54,208 nucleotides of DNA from a virus: the IMG/VR virus record IMGVR_UViG_3300029461_000002; one strand, given 5' to 3'. A program made the position numbers and the translations under genes. Below, piece after piece: positions 6,120 through 14,786 of the stretch (the first letter of the stretch is position 1; every line of letters begins with the position of its first letter). The notes beneath the pieces are model-generated. The model was not told the origin of the DNA and ran no database searches. It saw only the letters and a list, made by a program, of their open reading frames with translations.

Positions 6120-7310
6120 ATGGGAAGTATAGCGTATTATCTCGACATCAGGAGAGCTAAAAAGGACGGGACATATCCCGTCAAGTTGTACGTGAGTCAT
6201 CACAAGAAGTTTTATGTCAAGACATCCTTCACGTCCAAGATAGATGAGTGGGATTCGTGCCAATACTCCAAGAAAGCTCCGAACTATAAGTCTAGGAACA
6301 TGGCATTAAGAGCAGCTATAAACAAGGCTGAGGAAGTTATGTATAGACTAGAGATGGACGGAAGGTTGGCGGGTATATCGGACACGGCTTTGAAGGCTAT
6401 AATAGAGGAGGCTATATCGGGCAAGCCTAGGAAAGAGATAACGATAGTGGATTGTTTTGACAGGTTTATTGTTACGAAAAGCAGGAAGAATACTATTATA
6501 ACCTATGAGGCCACTAAGAGGAAGATAGTGTCGCTAGGGTTCGATATGCCTATAGGGGATATAGATAAAGCTTGGTTAATCGGGATAGACAAGCGAATGG
6601 AAGAGAGGGGGCTTAGCATAAACTCACGAGCGGTACATCTTAGAAATATAAGAGCTGTAATAAATTATGCCATAGATGAAGAGCTTATCAGTAATTACCC
6701 ATTTAGAAAATTCTCGATTAGAACTGAACAAACGAGAAAGAGATCCCTTACTGTAGATGAATTGATAGCACTTAGGGATTACAAATTAGAAGGAATAGCG
6801 GTTAAATATAGAGATATCTTTATGCTTATGTTTTATCTTATCGGTATAAATGGTGTGGACCTATTTGGTGATTGCCAAATTGTAAACGGACGGCTGGAAT
6901 ATCGGAGATCTAAGACAGGGAAGTTATATTCCATCAAGATAGAACCGGAGGCTATGGAAATAATAAAAAGGTACGAAGGAGATGGCAAGGTAGTTGCCGT
7001 ACCAGAGGAAAATGGAGATTATGGTTATTTTATGATAAGAATGGCTACAAGGTTAAAGAAGATAGGAAAGGAAAAAGGAGGAGACTCATTGTTTCCCGGC
7101 CTATCCTCGTACTGGGCGCGTCACACGTGGGCCACTATAGCCGCCTCGCTCGATATACCGAAGGAGACGATATCCGCCGCTTTAGGTCATGAGATAGGAT
7201 CGCCAATAACATCTATTTATATAAGGCTGGATCAAAAAAAGGTTGATGAGGCCAATCGCATGGTTATAGATTACGTCAATGGCTACAGGAAAAGCAGGGA
7301 TGAGAGGTGA
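6120..7310 (+). CDS. int: Tyrosine recombinase / phage integrase
   Basis: The C-terminal segment WARHTWATIAA...ALGHEIGSPITSIYIR fits the R..HxxR..H..Y catalytic pattern. The N-terminal IAYYLDIRRAKKDGTYPVKLYV resembles the Bacteroidota integrase arm-binding domain. I prefer ATG 6120 over the track's GTG 6075, which lies inside the palindrome. Confidence 0.85.
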   Translation: MGSIAYYLDIRRAKKDGTYPVKLYVSHHKKFYVKTSFTSKIDEWDSCQYSKKAPNYKSRNMALRAAINKAEEVMYRLEMDGRLAGISDTALKAIIEEAISGKPRKEITIVDCFDRFIVTKSRKNTIITYEATKRKIVSLGFDMPIGDIDKAWLIGIDKRMEERGLSINSRAVHLRNIRAVINYAIDEELISNYPFRKFSIRTEQTRKRSLTVDELIALRDYKLEGIAVKYRDIFMLMFYLIGINGVDLFGDCQIVNGRLEYRRSKTGKLYSIKIEPEAMEIIKRYEGDGKVVAVPEENGDYGYFMIRMATRLKKIGKEKGGDSLFPGLSSYWARHTWATIAASLDIPKETISAALGHEIGSPITSIYIRLDQKKVDEANRMVIDYVNGYRKSRDER

Positions 7311-7326
7311 AATAGAACAATAAAAC

Positions 7327-7364
7327 ACGCCCGTGTCAGAAAAAACACGGGCGTTATACTTTTT
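7327..7364 (+). terminator. Rho-independent terminator after int
   Basis: 10-bp stem acgcccgtgt/acacgggcgt with an 8-nt loop, followed by tatacTTTTT. Confidence 0.6.
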
Positions 7365-7381
7365 GGATGCGACAAATAGAA

Positions 7382-7594
7382 CTATTTTGTCCTTTCGACC
7401 AAAATCTTTGAAATTCGAACTTGCAGTTGCTGCAACTCGATATTATTCAGTTCTTCCAAATCAATGTTCGCTATTTTTACTTTCCGATTTTCGTCAAAGG
7501 AATTTTTCTTCTCCTCATGAATAGCGGTTACTAACTCGTCTATTTGACCCTTGATCTTTTGAGCCTTTAGCTCATAATTGATAGTTCTTGCCAT
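7382..7594 (-). CDS. Hypothetical coiled-coil protein
   Basis: 70-aa ORF, last gene of a four-gene minus-strand operon. Confidence 0.4.
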   Translation of the reverse strand: MARTINYELKAQKIKGQIDELVTAIHEEKKNSFDENRKVKIANIDLEELNNIELQQLQVRISKILVERTK

Positions 7595-7611
7595 AATATA
7601 GTTTTTTAATG

Positions 7612-7815
7612 TTATTTATTTGTGAAATCAAGCTTATAGCCTAGTGCATCACCTATCTTGGATAATAGGTCAACGCCTGTACTGTACTTGCCTAGTTCTA
7701 TTCGGGCGATATTACCCGGGGCTATACCGGTCAATTCGGATAGCCGATATTGTGATATCCCGGCCTCCATGCGGAGCTGGGCTATCCGCTTGCCTATTCG
7801 CTCCCGGTCATTCAT
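7612..7815 (-). CDS. XRE-family helix-turn-helix transcriptional regulator
   Basis: IGKRIAQLRMEAGISQYRLSELTGIAPGNIARIELGKYSTGVDLLSKIGDALG is a classic HTH_3 (Cro/C1) pattern. Confidence 0.7.
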   Translation of the reverse strand: MNDRERIGKRIAQLRMEAGISQYRLSELTGIAPGNIARIELGKYSTGVDLLSKIGDALGYKLDFTNK

Positions 7816-8146
7816 CTTGGGGGCCCTCCCAATCGCAGTAATTGCAGTACCATACTGCGCATTTTTTCATTATCCCTAATAACATTTCCCGGTCTTCCAC
7901 AGGATCAAGAGTACAGCTATGATGCAAGGCCATCAACAGCCTCTCGGTTCTTGATCCTTCGTTCCTGAATTTAAATGTCAATACATTCGGATTAAGCCCT
8001 ATTGCGTCAAAGTCCCTGTCAAACACCTCGAAAACGGAAGCCGAGCGTACATGCTCGATGATTGTCCGATCTCCCAATAAGTTCCCTTCATGAGAGTGGG
8101 CATCCCAAAATACCCACTCCGGTAGATTAAGTTCTATTTGTTTCAT
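7808..8146 (-). CDS. Hypothetical protein coupled to the HTH gene
   Basis: Track ORF 7808..8182. I prefer ATG 8146 (MKQIELNLPEW...) because it gives an ATGA overlap with the upstream gene. The 3' end overlaps the HTH start by 8 nt (atgaatga). Confidence 0.4.
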   Translation of the reverse strand: MKQIELNLPEWVFWDAHSHEGNLLGDRTIIEHVRSASVFEVFDRDFDAIGLNPNVLTFKFRNEGSRTERLLMALHHSCTLDPVEDREMLLGIMKKCAVWYCNYCDWEGPQDE

Positions 8147-8358
8147 AAATTGTTGTAGGCCTCTACTATTTTTAAATAACAATGCCGACGGGCATCATTA
8201 TGTTTTTCTTCGTTTGAATCGTCATTGATCCAATCCCAAGCCTCTGAATCCGTGGTACGAACCTTTATGTTTTGCCCCCTGTAACGTGCCTCAATCACAT
8301 ATTGACCATAACCGTTACCTCTTCTCATCTCAAAATTAACTTTTCTGAAAGTTGCCAT
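8143..8358 (-). CDS. Hypothetical small protein
   Basis: 71-aa ORF (MATFRKVNFEMRRGNGYGQYVIEARYRG...), first gene of the minus-strand operon. Confidence 0.4.
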   Translation of the reverse strand: MATFRKVNFEMRRGNGYGQYVIEARYRGQNIKVRTTDSEAWDWINDDSNEEKHNDARRHCYLKIVEAYNNL

Positions 8359-8467
8359 GTCTTTTCGCCGCTTATAGGTTGCCGCCCTTTCTATTGTTAT
8401 TTCTGTATTGCAAATATACTATCAAATTTGATAGCATGCAAGTTTTTCAATGATTATTTTTTATGCT

Positions 8468-8698
8468 CTATGGCATATTTTCTTTCTCTTTTTCTTCCAG
8501 CACTTTTTTAAGCTGATATAGGCTCAAAATATCATACTCAAATGTCGGATTGTCCCAATTTTTTCGGACAGAGTTCGTTTGGATAGAGATAAATTTTCGT
8601 AGGTCAAAGATATATTGGCACGGGCTTAACCGGATCTTGTTAAATGTGATTTGATAGTTATCAAACCACTCCAAAAGTTGTTTTAGTTCCTCGTTCAT
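8468..8698 (-). CDS. Hypothetical protein
   Basis: 76-aa ORF. Confidence 0.35.
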   Translation of the reverse strand: MNEELKQLLEWFDNYQITFNKIRLSPCQYIFDLRKFISIQTNSVRKNWDNPTFEYDILSLYQLKKVLEEKEKENMP

Positions 8699-8704
8699 AA
8701 AATA

Positions 8705-9226
8705 TTAGTCTAAGAAAATCAAATCTTCACAATAGACAGATCCTTCTTTAAAATATATAGTGCAAGAAAAGTGCTTCCTAATAAACACTCCAAAACTATT
8801 GGGACCTTCAACCCAAGAGTTTATTTTATAAGTCTGATCTCCTATATATTCAATGTGCCCATCTTTTTCCATTGTTCCGGGAAACCGTGCGGAAGATGGT
8901 GATTTCAACTTGTCTTTAACAAAATTCTTGGCATGATTATAAGCTTCTATTCGATCAGCGTCATCATTCCCATATGTCTTAGGCACATTGTAGTTGCTTG
9001 TTTTCCCTGTTATCCATATAATGGCGATTAAGGTAAATAGTCCTAATACTAAATAAAATAAGCATCCATTGCTATTTTTCTTTTTTTTCAATTCATACCC
9101 CTCGGGTATATAGACATTGGCTTGTGGACCATACATTTGACTCTCTTGTTCTTTTTTGTTCTTTTCTTTCCACCCCCAAAAAACTAAAATGGCTATAACA
9201 ATGGCAAATAGAAATAAGTATTCCAT
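8705..9226 (-). CDS. Membrane-anchored protein (two TM helices plus extracytoplasmic domain)
   Basis: 173 aa. TM segments FLFAIVIAILVFWGW and LFYLVLGLFTLIAIIWI. C-terminal domain VKDKLKSPSSARFPG...NSFGVFIRKHFSC. Confidence 0.5.
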   Translation of the reverse strand: MEYLFLFAIVIAILVFWGWKEKNKKEQESQMYGPQANVYIPEGYELKKKKNSNGCLFYLVLGLFTLIAIIWITGKTSNYNVPKTYGNDDADRIEAYNHAKNFVKDKLKSPSSARFPGTMEKDGHIEYIGDQTYKINSWVEGPNSFGVFIRKHFSCTIYFKEGSVYCEDLIFLD

Positions 9227-9383
9227 AGCGATGTGTGTTAATTAATGTTTGTATTTTATATAACTTAAAAATCTGTTTAAATTTATAACAAAAATAACAC
9301 ATAAACTTTTCTTGTATTATGATTGATGAAAAATGTTATGCTGTTTTTGCGTAATATATTAAAAATAAGTGTTATATAATTTG

Positions 9384-9406
9384 TTATTTAGAATGATTCT
9401 AAATAA
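9384..9406. promoter_or_regulatory. Perfect 23-bp palindrome (ttatttagaat g attctaaataa), candidate operator upstream of the plus-strand operon
   Basis: 11-bp arms around one central base, in the AT-rich divergent intergenic region 9227-9503. Confidence 0.5.
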
Positions 9407-9503
9407 CTTTGCCTCTGTGGTGGAAATATAAAGTGATACACTTTATTTTTTAACTTATATTTTATTTTCCGCTTTAATTGTTTAATACAGATATATTTAT
9501 GAT

Positions 9504-9902
9504 ATGGGTATTCCGCATTTGAACAATAAAAATGACATGATATCATTGCGTGTATCGCCTGATGTAAGGATGAGGTTGTGCGAGGTGGCCGAGGCTACTG
9601 GCGTTAATGTCTCTGCGGTCGTAAAAGCGGGACTCTCAAAGATATTGGATGAGGTATATGATGCCGATGGCAACTTGTGTAATATCGGGGATCTTGCGAC
9701 AAAGAGAAAGATCCCGGTATCTCATGGGTACTATCGTATATCAGACATATCCAAGGCGAATGGAATCAGTGAGAGGAGCATAAGAAATATGGTAGAAAAA
9801 GGCAAGGCGTCGTATATAAAGAGAGATGGCAAGATATATGTATTATTAAAAGACGTGGAGGGTGTCAATGGCCGCAAGGATAAACACGATAAGAAAAGGT
9901 GA
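9504..9902 (+). CDS. DNA-binding regulator (RHH-like N-terminus, HTH-like C-terminus)
   Basis: 132 aa. ISLRVSPDVRMRLCEVAEATGVNVSAVVKAGL looks like a CopG/RHH segment. YRISDISKANGISERSIRNMVEKG looks HTH-like. Confidence 0.45.
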   Translation: MGIPHLNNKNDMISLRVSPDVRMRLCEVAEATGVNVSAVVKAGLSKILDEVYDADGNLCNIGDLATKRKIPVSHGYYRISDISKANGISERSIRNMVEKGKASYIKRDGKIYVLLKDVEGVNGRKDKHDKKR

Positions 9903-10212
9903 TTGTGGCGTTCGGACGAGAGAGCTGATCGCCAGATATTACTTGACATTGATGGGTGAGTTCCGTAACGATGATGGACGGTTGTATTTATCCATGGATA
10001 AAGGGGACATGTTTCATAACGCTATCACCTTGATACTTCAAGACTCTAAATTCAACACCTTAAAAACGGATTCCGATATAATGGACCGTATAAGGAAAAG
10101 GATTAGAAATGTTATGAGTGAGATAAAACAAGATCACAATCTATATAAGAATAAAGCATATGCCAACGATATACAAACCGAAGAGGCGGGATCAGACGAG
10201 CCAGAGGCGTAA
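9862..10212 (+). CDS. Hypothetical protein
   Basis: 116-aa ORF overlapping both neighbours. Confidence 0.35.
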   Translation: MSMAARINTIRKGDCGVRTRELIARYYLTLMGEFRNDDGRLYLSMDKGDMFHNAITLILQDSKFNTLKTDSDIMDRIRKRIRNVMSEIKQDHNLYKNKAYANDIQTEEAGSDEPEA

Positions 10213-10465
10213 AGAAAGGATGGCTATCTATAATACGGCTCGATGGAGGAGGATGAGGGAGGCCAAGCTTCGTGACAATCCTCTGTGTGAGATATGCGAG
10301 AGGAATGGCATTACGAGAATGGCAGACGATGTACATCATATCCAATCATTCATGTCCACTGATAATCCGGAGTCTAGGAAAGTGCTGGCATTTGATTATG
10401 ACAACTTGATGAGCGTGTGTGATGAATGTCACTCGGCTATACACAATAAAAACAAAATGATATGA
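10160..10465 (+). CDS. HNH endonuclease (terminase-associated type)
   Basis: MPTIYKPKRR...YNTARWRRMREAKLRDNPLCEICERNGI...DVHHI...NLMSVCDECHSAIHNK carries the HNH motif. Positioned upstream of terS/terL, as in HK97-like cos phages. Confidence 0.75.
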   Translation: MPTIYKPKRRDQTSQRRKERMAIYNTARWRRMREAKLRDNPLCEICERNGITRMADDVHHIQSFMSTDNPESRKVLAFDYDNLMSVCDECHSAIHNKNKMI

Positions 10466-10722
10466 CAAGGACAGAAAGAGAGAATGCCGTGATATTGATA
10501 CATAGACATTGCGTGCCAAGCCGAACGGGAGAAAGATATGAAAGTCATTATCTAAAGACTTATTTTGGGGATGCGCTTGGCTGCTATATAAGCAACGATG
10601 AGTTTAAGGGAATAATGGTTGAGGCGGGGATTATGCCTCTTGCTTCATCACTTAATAAAACGAGTCATTGTTATAAGTTGAAGAGGATCATACCGGATGC
10701 ATGGAACGGGAGGATGGCATAG
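10462..10722 (+). CDS. Hypothetical protein
   Basis: 86-aa ORF with a 4-nt overlap with the HNH gene. Confidence 0.4.
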   Translation: MTRTERENAVILIHRHCVPSRTGERYESHYLKTYFGDALGCYISNDEFKGIMVEAGIMPLASSLNKTSHCYKLKRIIPDAWNGRMA

Positions 10723-10731
10723 CCCCCCCCC
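10723..10731. repeat. Poly-C homopolymer (9 C) in the HNH-terS intergenic region
   Basis: Counted directly: c10723-c10731, immediately after the TAG stop at 10720-10722. Confidence 0.9.
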
Positions 10732-10822
10732 TTATGATTTTTTAGAGGCGGGAAGTGTTGAAACCACGTCCCAATTCGCTTCACACGCACGGCGTTTTTT
10801 GAAATTCGCCAAATAGTTAAAT

Positions 10823-11239
10823 ATGTTAAACATGGGTACTAGATATACGATAATAAGTAAATCCAAGGATATTTCCTTCCAGTTGCCAAAGACTATCAAG
10901 CACAAGGCGACTCGAAAGGTCATATGCGATATTGTGAGAGAACTTTGTGATCGTGGAGAATTGACAGTGGGGGATATTCCGCAGCTCCATAGAATGGCTA
11001 CCGCCTATGACTGTTATCTCGAATGTGTGGATGTCGTGTCTGAGCAAGGATTGACAATGAAGAATTTAAAGGGTGAAATTGTCAAGAGACCAGAGGCTAA
11101 CATTATGCGTGAGAGTTGGACTCAATATCTAGATATCGCTAAGGAATATGGATTTACCCCTCGTAGCAAGAAAATGACTCGTGGCAATGTAGATAGCAAG
11201 GAGGATACGCCTGCGGATGATTTCTTCAGCAACAAATAA
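10823..11239 (+). CDS. terS: Terminase small subunit (P27-family-like)
   Basis: ELTVGDIPQLHRMATAYDCYLECVDVVSEQGLTMKNLKGEIVKRPEANIMRESWTQYLDIAKEYGFTPRSK resembles P27-type TerS (from memory). Lies directly upstream of terL. Confidence 0.6.
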   Translation: MLNMGTRYTIISKSKDISFQLPKTIKHKATRKVICDIVRELCDRGELTVGDIPQLHRMATAYDCYLECVDVVSEQGLTMKNLKGEIVKRPEANIMRESWTQYLDIAKEYGFTPRSKKMTRGNVDSKEDTPADDFFSNK

Positions 11240-12854
11240 GGCATATATTCAATACCCGGTAGACGTGATATCAGGGAATGTGATAGCTGGTAAGCATATA
11301 AAAAAAGCTTGCGAGCGTTTTTTTTCCTTGATGGACGATGATCGGTACATGTTTTTGGAAGAAAAGGTGGATAAAGTGATACGATTATACCACCACCTTC
11401 GACACTTTAAAGGCCGGCATTCCGGCAAACCTTTCGTACTGGAGCCTTGGCAAGAATGGATTATCGCAAGTATCTACGGGTTTTACAATAAGAGTGACGG
11501 AAGTAGGCTCACCCAGACTGTTTATATAGAGGTGGCCAGAAAGAACGGGAAAACGGCGTTAGCGGCGGGGATAGGTCTAAACGCCCTTATAAATGATGAT
11601 GAGGATGGGGCTGAGGTTTATTTCGCCGCCAACTCGAAGGATCAGGTAAAGATATCCGCATGGCCATTATGCTCTAATTTTGCGAAGGCTTTTGATCCTA
11701 AAGAAAAATACTTGAAAGTTTATCGTGATACTATTAATTTTGACAAGACAATCTCTTGGTTGAAGGTTTTAGCGGCTGATTCCACGAAATTGGATGGACC
11801 AAATCCCTCCACCTTCATACTAGACGAATATCATGCGGCAAAAAGCAATAGCCTGAAAGCCGTGCTGGAGTCTGGACAAGGGACACGGGACAATCCTTTA
11901 GAAATAATCATAACAACAGCCGGATTTGATAAGTTAGGGCCTTGTTATGAGTTGAGGACTACCGCAACGGAAATATTGAACGGTTTAAAAGAGGATGATT
12001 CTTTTTTCATGGCCATATATTCGCTTGACGAGAATGATGATTGGAAAGATGAGGCGAATTGGATAAAAAGCAACCCAAATATGGACGTGACAGTCAAGTC
12101 ATCTTACCTAAGAAAAGAGGTAAGGAAGGCTATGAATACACCATCGGATGAGGTCAACGTAAAGACTAAAAATCTCAACATGTGGTGCGATAGTTCGGAC
12201 GTATGGATTCCGGATGATTATATACTGGCATGCTCAAGGAAGGTGGATCTGGATGATTTTACCACGAAGGATGACTGTTTTGCCGGTATAGACCTCTCAT
12301 CCACATCGGACTTGACTTGCGTATCGTTCATGATACCAAAGGATGGCAAGTTTTATTTCAAGACGTTATATTATCTTCCAGAAGAAGCTTTGGAGACAAA
12401 AAAGAACAAGGAGCAATACAGTGAGTGGGTGAGGCTTGGTTTTTTGAAACTTACCCCCGGTAACGTTGTTGATTACGATTATATACTGGACGATATTCTA
12501 TCGGTAGACAAGAGGTTGTATATAGTAAAAGTAGGATATGACTCTTGGAACGCCACGCAGTTCGTGATAAACGCTACGGATAAAGGGCTTCCAATGGAGC
12601 CGGTAAGCCAGTCCATAGGAAATTTCAACCGTCCAACAAAAGAGATGGAGCGTGTAATATTGTCCGGCAATGTGGTAATTGACAATAATCCGATAACTCG
12701 CTTCTGTTTTAGGAATGTTGTTATGAAATTGGATCATAACGGGAATACGAAACCCTCTAAGGAATATAGGGATAAGAAGATAGACGGGGTTATCTCCATG
12801 ATTGAGGCTATGGGGGTTTGCTTAATGACACCTCAATACTCGAATAGTATATAG
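11217..12854 (+). CDS. terL: Terminase large subunit
   Basis: 545 aa. ARKNGKTALAAG is Walker-A-like and FILDEYH is Walker-B-like. A C-terminal nuclease-like region is present, and the synteny is HNH-terS-terL-portal. Confidence 0.85.
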   Translation: MISSATNKAYIQYPVDVISGNVIAGKHIKKACERFFSLMDDDRYMFLEEKVDKVIRLYHHLRHFKGRHSGKPFVLEPWQEWIIASIYGFYNKSDGSRLTQTVYIEVARKNGKTALAAGIGLNALINDDEDGAEVYFAANSKDQVKISAWPLCSNFAKAFDPKEKYLKVYRDTINFDKTISWLKVLAADSTKLDGPNPSTFILDEYHAAKSNSLKAVLESGQGTRDNPLEIIITTAGFDKLGPCYELRTTATEILNGLKEDDSFFMAIYSLDENDDWKDEANWIKSNPNMDVTVKSSYLRKEVRKAMNTPSDEVNVKTKNLNMWCDSSDVWIPDDYILACSRKVDLDDFTTKDDCFAGIDLSSTSDLTCVSFMIPKDGKFYFKTLYYLPEEALETKKNKEQYSEWVRLGFLKLTPGNVVDYDYILDDILSVDKRLYIVKVGYDSWNATQFVINATDKGLPMEPVSQSIGNFNRPTKEMERVILSGNVVIDNNPITRFCFRNVVMKLDHNGNTKPSKEYRDKKIDGVISMIEAMGVCLMTPQYSNSI

Positions 12855-12904
12855 ACTCTCTCTGATGTATTACACGATTTCGGTTTAAGGTAAAGACATC
12901 GTGT

Positions 12905-14107
12905 ATGAGATTTTTGGGTTTGGATATAAATATAAGGCGCTCACAGAAAAAGGAACCCGTTGAATCCTTCGTTAACGTGCAACGCTTTGGCGGTGGGTCA
13001 AGCAGGAAACCGGCTATGACACTTGCCGCCGTATATAGATGCGTCAATGTCATTAGCGAGAGTGTGGCGCAACTTCCTTTAGACACTTTCAAAAAAGATA
13101 ATGAGGGATATAAAAGCCCCTATGTTAGGCATCCCGCTTACGACCTTCTCCGGGAGTTCCCTAACCCGGATATGACAAGATTCACGTTCCTTAAAACGTT
13201 GGTAAGCTCCGTGTTGCTTAATGGCAACGGATACGCCTACGTTGACAGGGATGATTATGGTAATGCGTTATCCCTTCAATATATACCTTCCGGGCTGGTT
13301 AGCGTAGTCTATATTACGGTTGATGGTATCCCTAGGATGAGATACCAAGTGACGGGATTCAAGTCTCTTGTTGAGCCTTCTGATATGATCCATGTCTTGA
13401 ATTTTAGTTATGACGGTATAACCGGCGTATCCACATTAACGCACGCACGCAATACGCTTGGCATATCGAGCAGTGCGGAGGATTACGCTAAACAATTCTT
13501 TAGCGAGGGTGGTGGAGTTATGGGAATATTGTCCTTTGATACTAAGCTCCGTGATGGACAGAAGGATGAGATAAAGAAAGCTTGGAGCGATATGGTCTCC
13601 AATGGGGGGATTGGCGTATTAGAGGCGAATAGTCATTATCAGTCAGTATCAATAAATCCATCCGATGCCCAGATGTTAGAGACAAGGCAATTCAACGTGA
13701 TAGACATATGCCGTTTCTTCGGGGTTTCCCCTGTCAAGGCGTTCGACCTATCTAAATCCAGCTATAGCACGGTGGAGGCTACGCAATTGGCATTCCTTAC
13801 GGATACGCTGGCCCCACTCTTGGAGAATATAGAGCTTGAGATGAAACGAAAGGTATTCCGTCCATCTGAGAGATCCTATGTTGAGGTAAAATTTGATACA
13901 AGCAACCTGTTGAGAGCCGACAAAGCGGCGCAAGCGACGTTTATGAAAACAATGTATGAGATGGGAGGTATGACACCTAATGAGGCTCGCCGTATGATGG
14001 ACATGCCCAAAGTAAAGAACGGGGATCAACCGCTAGTTAATAACGCTATGGTTCCATTGGAGTTTGTGGCTAACAAGAAGTTTGATGCAGGGAAAGAGCA
14101 GTCTTGA
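12905..14107 (+). CDS. Portal protein (HK97 family)
   Basis: 400 aa. AAVYRCVNVISESVAQLPL is typical of the HK97-type portal N-terminus. Follows terL. Confidence 0.8.
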   Translation: MRFLGLDINIRRSQKKEPVESFVNVQRFGGGSSRKPAMTLAAVYRCVNVISESVAQLPLDTFKKDNEGYKSPYVRHPAYDLLREFPNPDMTRFTFLKTLVSSVLLNGNGYAYVDRDDYGNALSLQYIPSGLVSVVYITVDGIPRMRYQVTGFKSLVEPSDMIHVLNFSYDGITGVSTLTHARNTLGISSSAEDYAKQFFSEGGGVMGILSFDTKLRDGQKDEIKKAWSDMVSNGGIGVLEANSHYQSVSINPSDAQMLETRQFNVIDICRFFGVSPVKAFDLSKSSYSTVEATQLAFLTDTLAPLLENIELEMKRKVFRPSERSYVEVKFDTSNLLRADKAAQATFMKTMYEMGGMTPNEARRMMDMPKVKNGDQPLVNNAMVPLEFVANKKFDAGKEQS

Positions 14108-14146
14108 TCGCTGTATTACATCGTTTCGGTATATAATAAAATATCT

Positions 14147-14785
14147 ATGAGCATGACAAATAATAAGGAAATAAGAGGAATATCATACCGGGCTTCCATA
14201 GAAGAGGAATCCAGACATGTGGAGGGATACGCTTTGCTTTTTAATACGGATAGTCAACCTATGTGGGGTGGGGATCTCATAGAACGGATAGCTCCTACGG
14301 CCTTGGACGGCGTATTGGAGAGGAGCGATGTCTTGTGCTTGATGAACCATGACGAGAGAAGGGGTGTATTGGCTCGCTGGAGAATGGGTGAGGGATCATT
14401 GAAGTTGGAGGTTGATGCCAAAGGACTTAAATATTCTTTTGAAGCTCCGGATACGGCCTTGGGTGATGAGCTGGTAGAGGCTCTGAAGAGAGGGGATATC
14501 GCTGAGTCATCTTTCGCCTTCACGGTATCTAAGGATAATTGGGAGAAAGGCGAAAACGGTAAGTATATCCGCACGATCGTCCAGATAGACAAGCTGTATG
14601 ATGTGAGCCCGGTGTATTATCCGGCTTATGAGGATACCGAGGTTGCCTTACGGTCTATCGAAAGCATTCGTGATAAGGAGCGTAAGGATTTAGAGGATAG
14701 GCAAAACAAGGAAAAAGAGGAACGGGAAAAGAGGGAAAAGGAGGATTTAGAAATTTATTATAACAATCTTAAAAACAGATTTTAA
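14147..14785 (+). CDS. Prohead protease (HK97 / S78 family)
   Basis: VEGYALLFNTDSQ...LCLMNHD pattern, a charged C-terminal tail, and a position between portal and capsid. Confidence 0.75.
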   Translation: MSMTNNKEIRGISYRASIEEESRHVEGYALLFNTDSQPMWGGDLIERIAPTALDGVLERSDVLCLMNHDERRGVLARWRMGEGSLKLEVDAKGLKYSFEAPDTALGDELVEALKRGDIAESSFAFTVSKDNWEKGENGKYIRTIVQIDKLYDVSPVYYPAYEDTEVALRSIESIRDKERKDLEDRQNKEKEEREKREKEDLEIYYNNLKNRF

Positions 14786-14786
14786 T

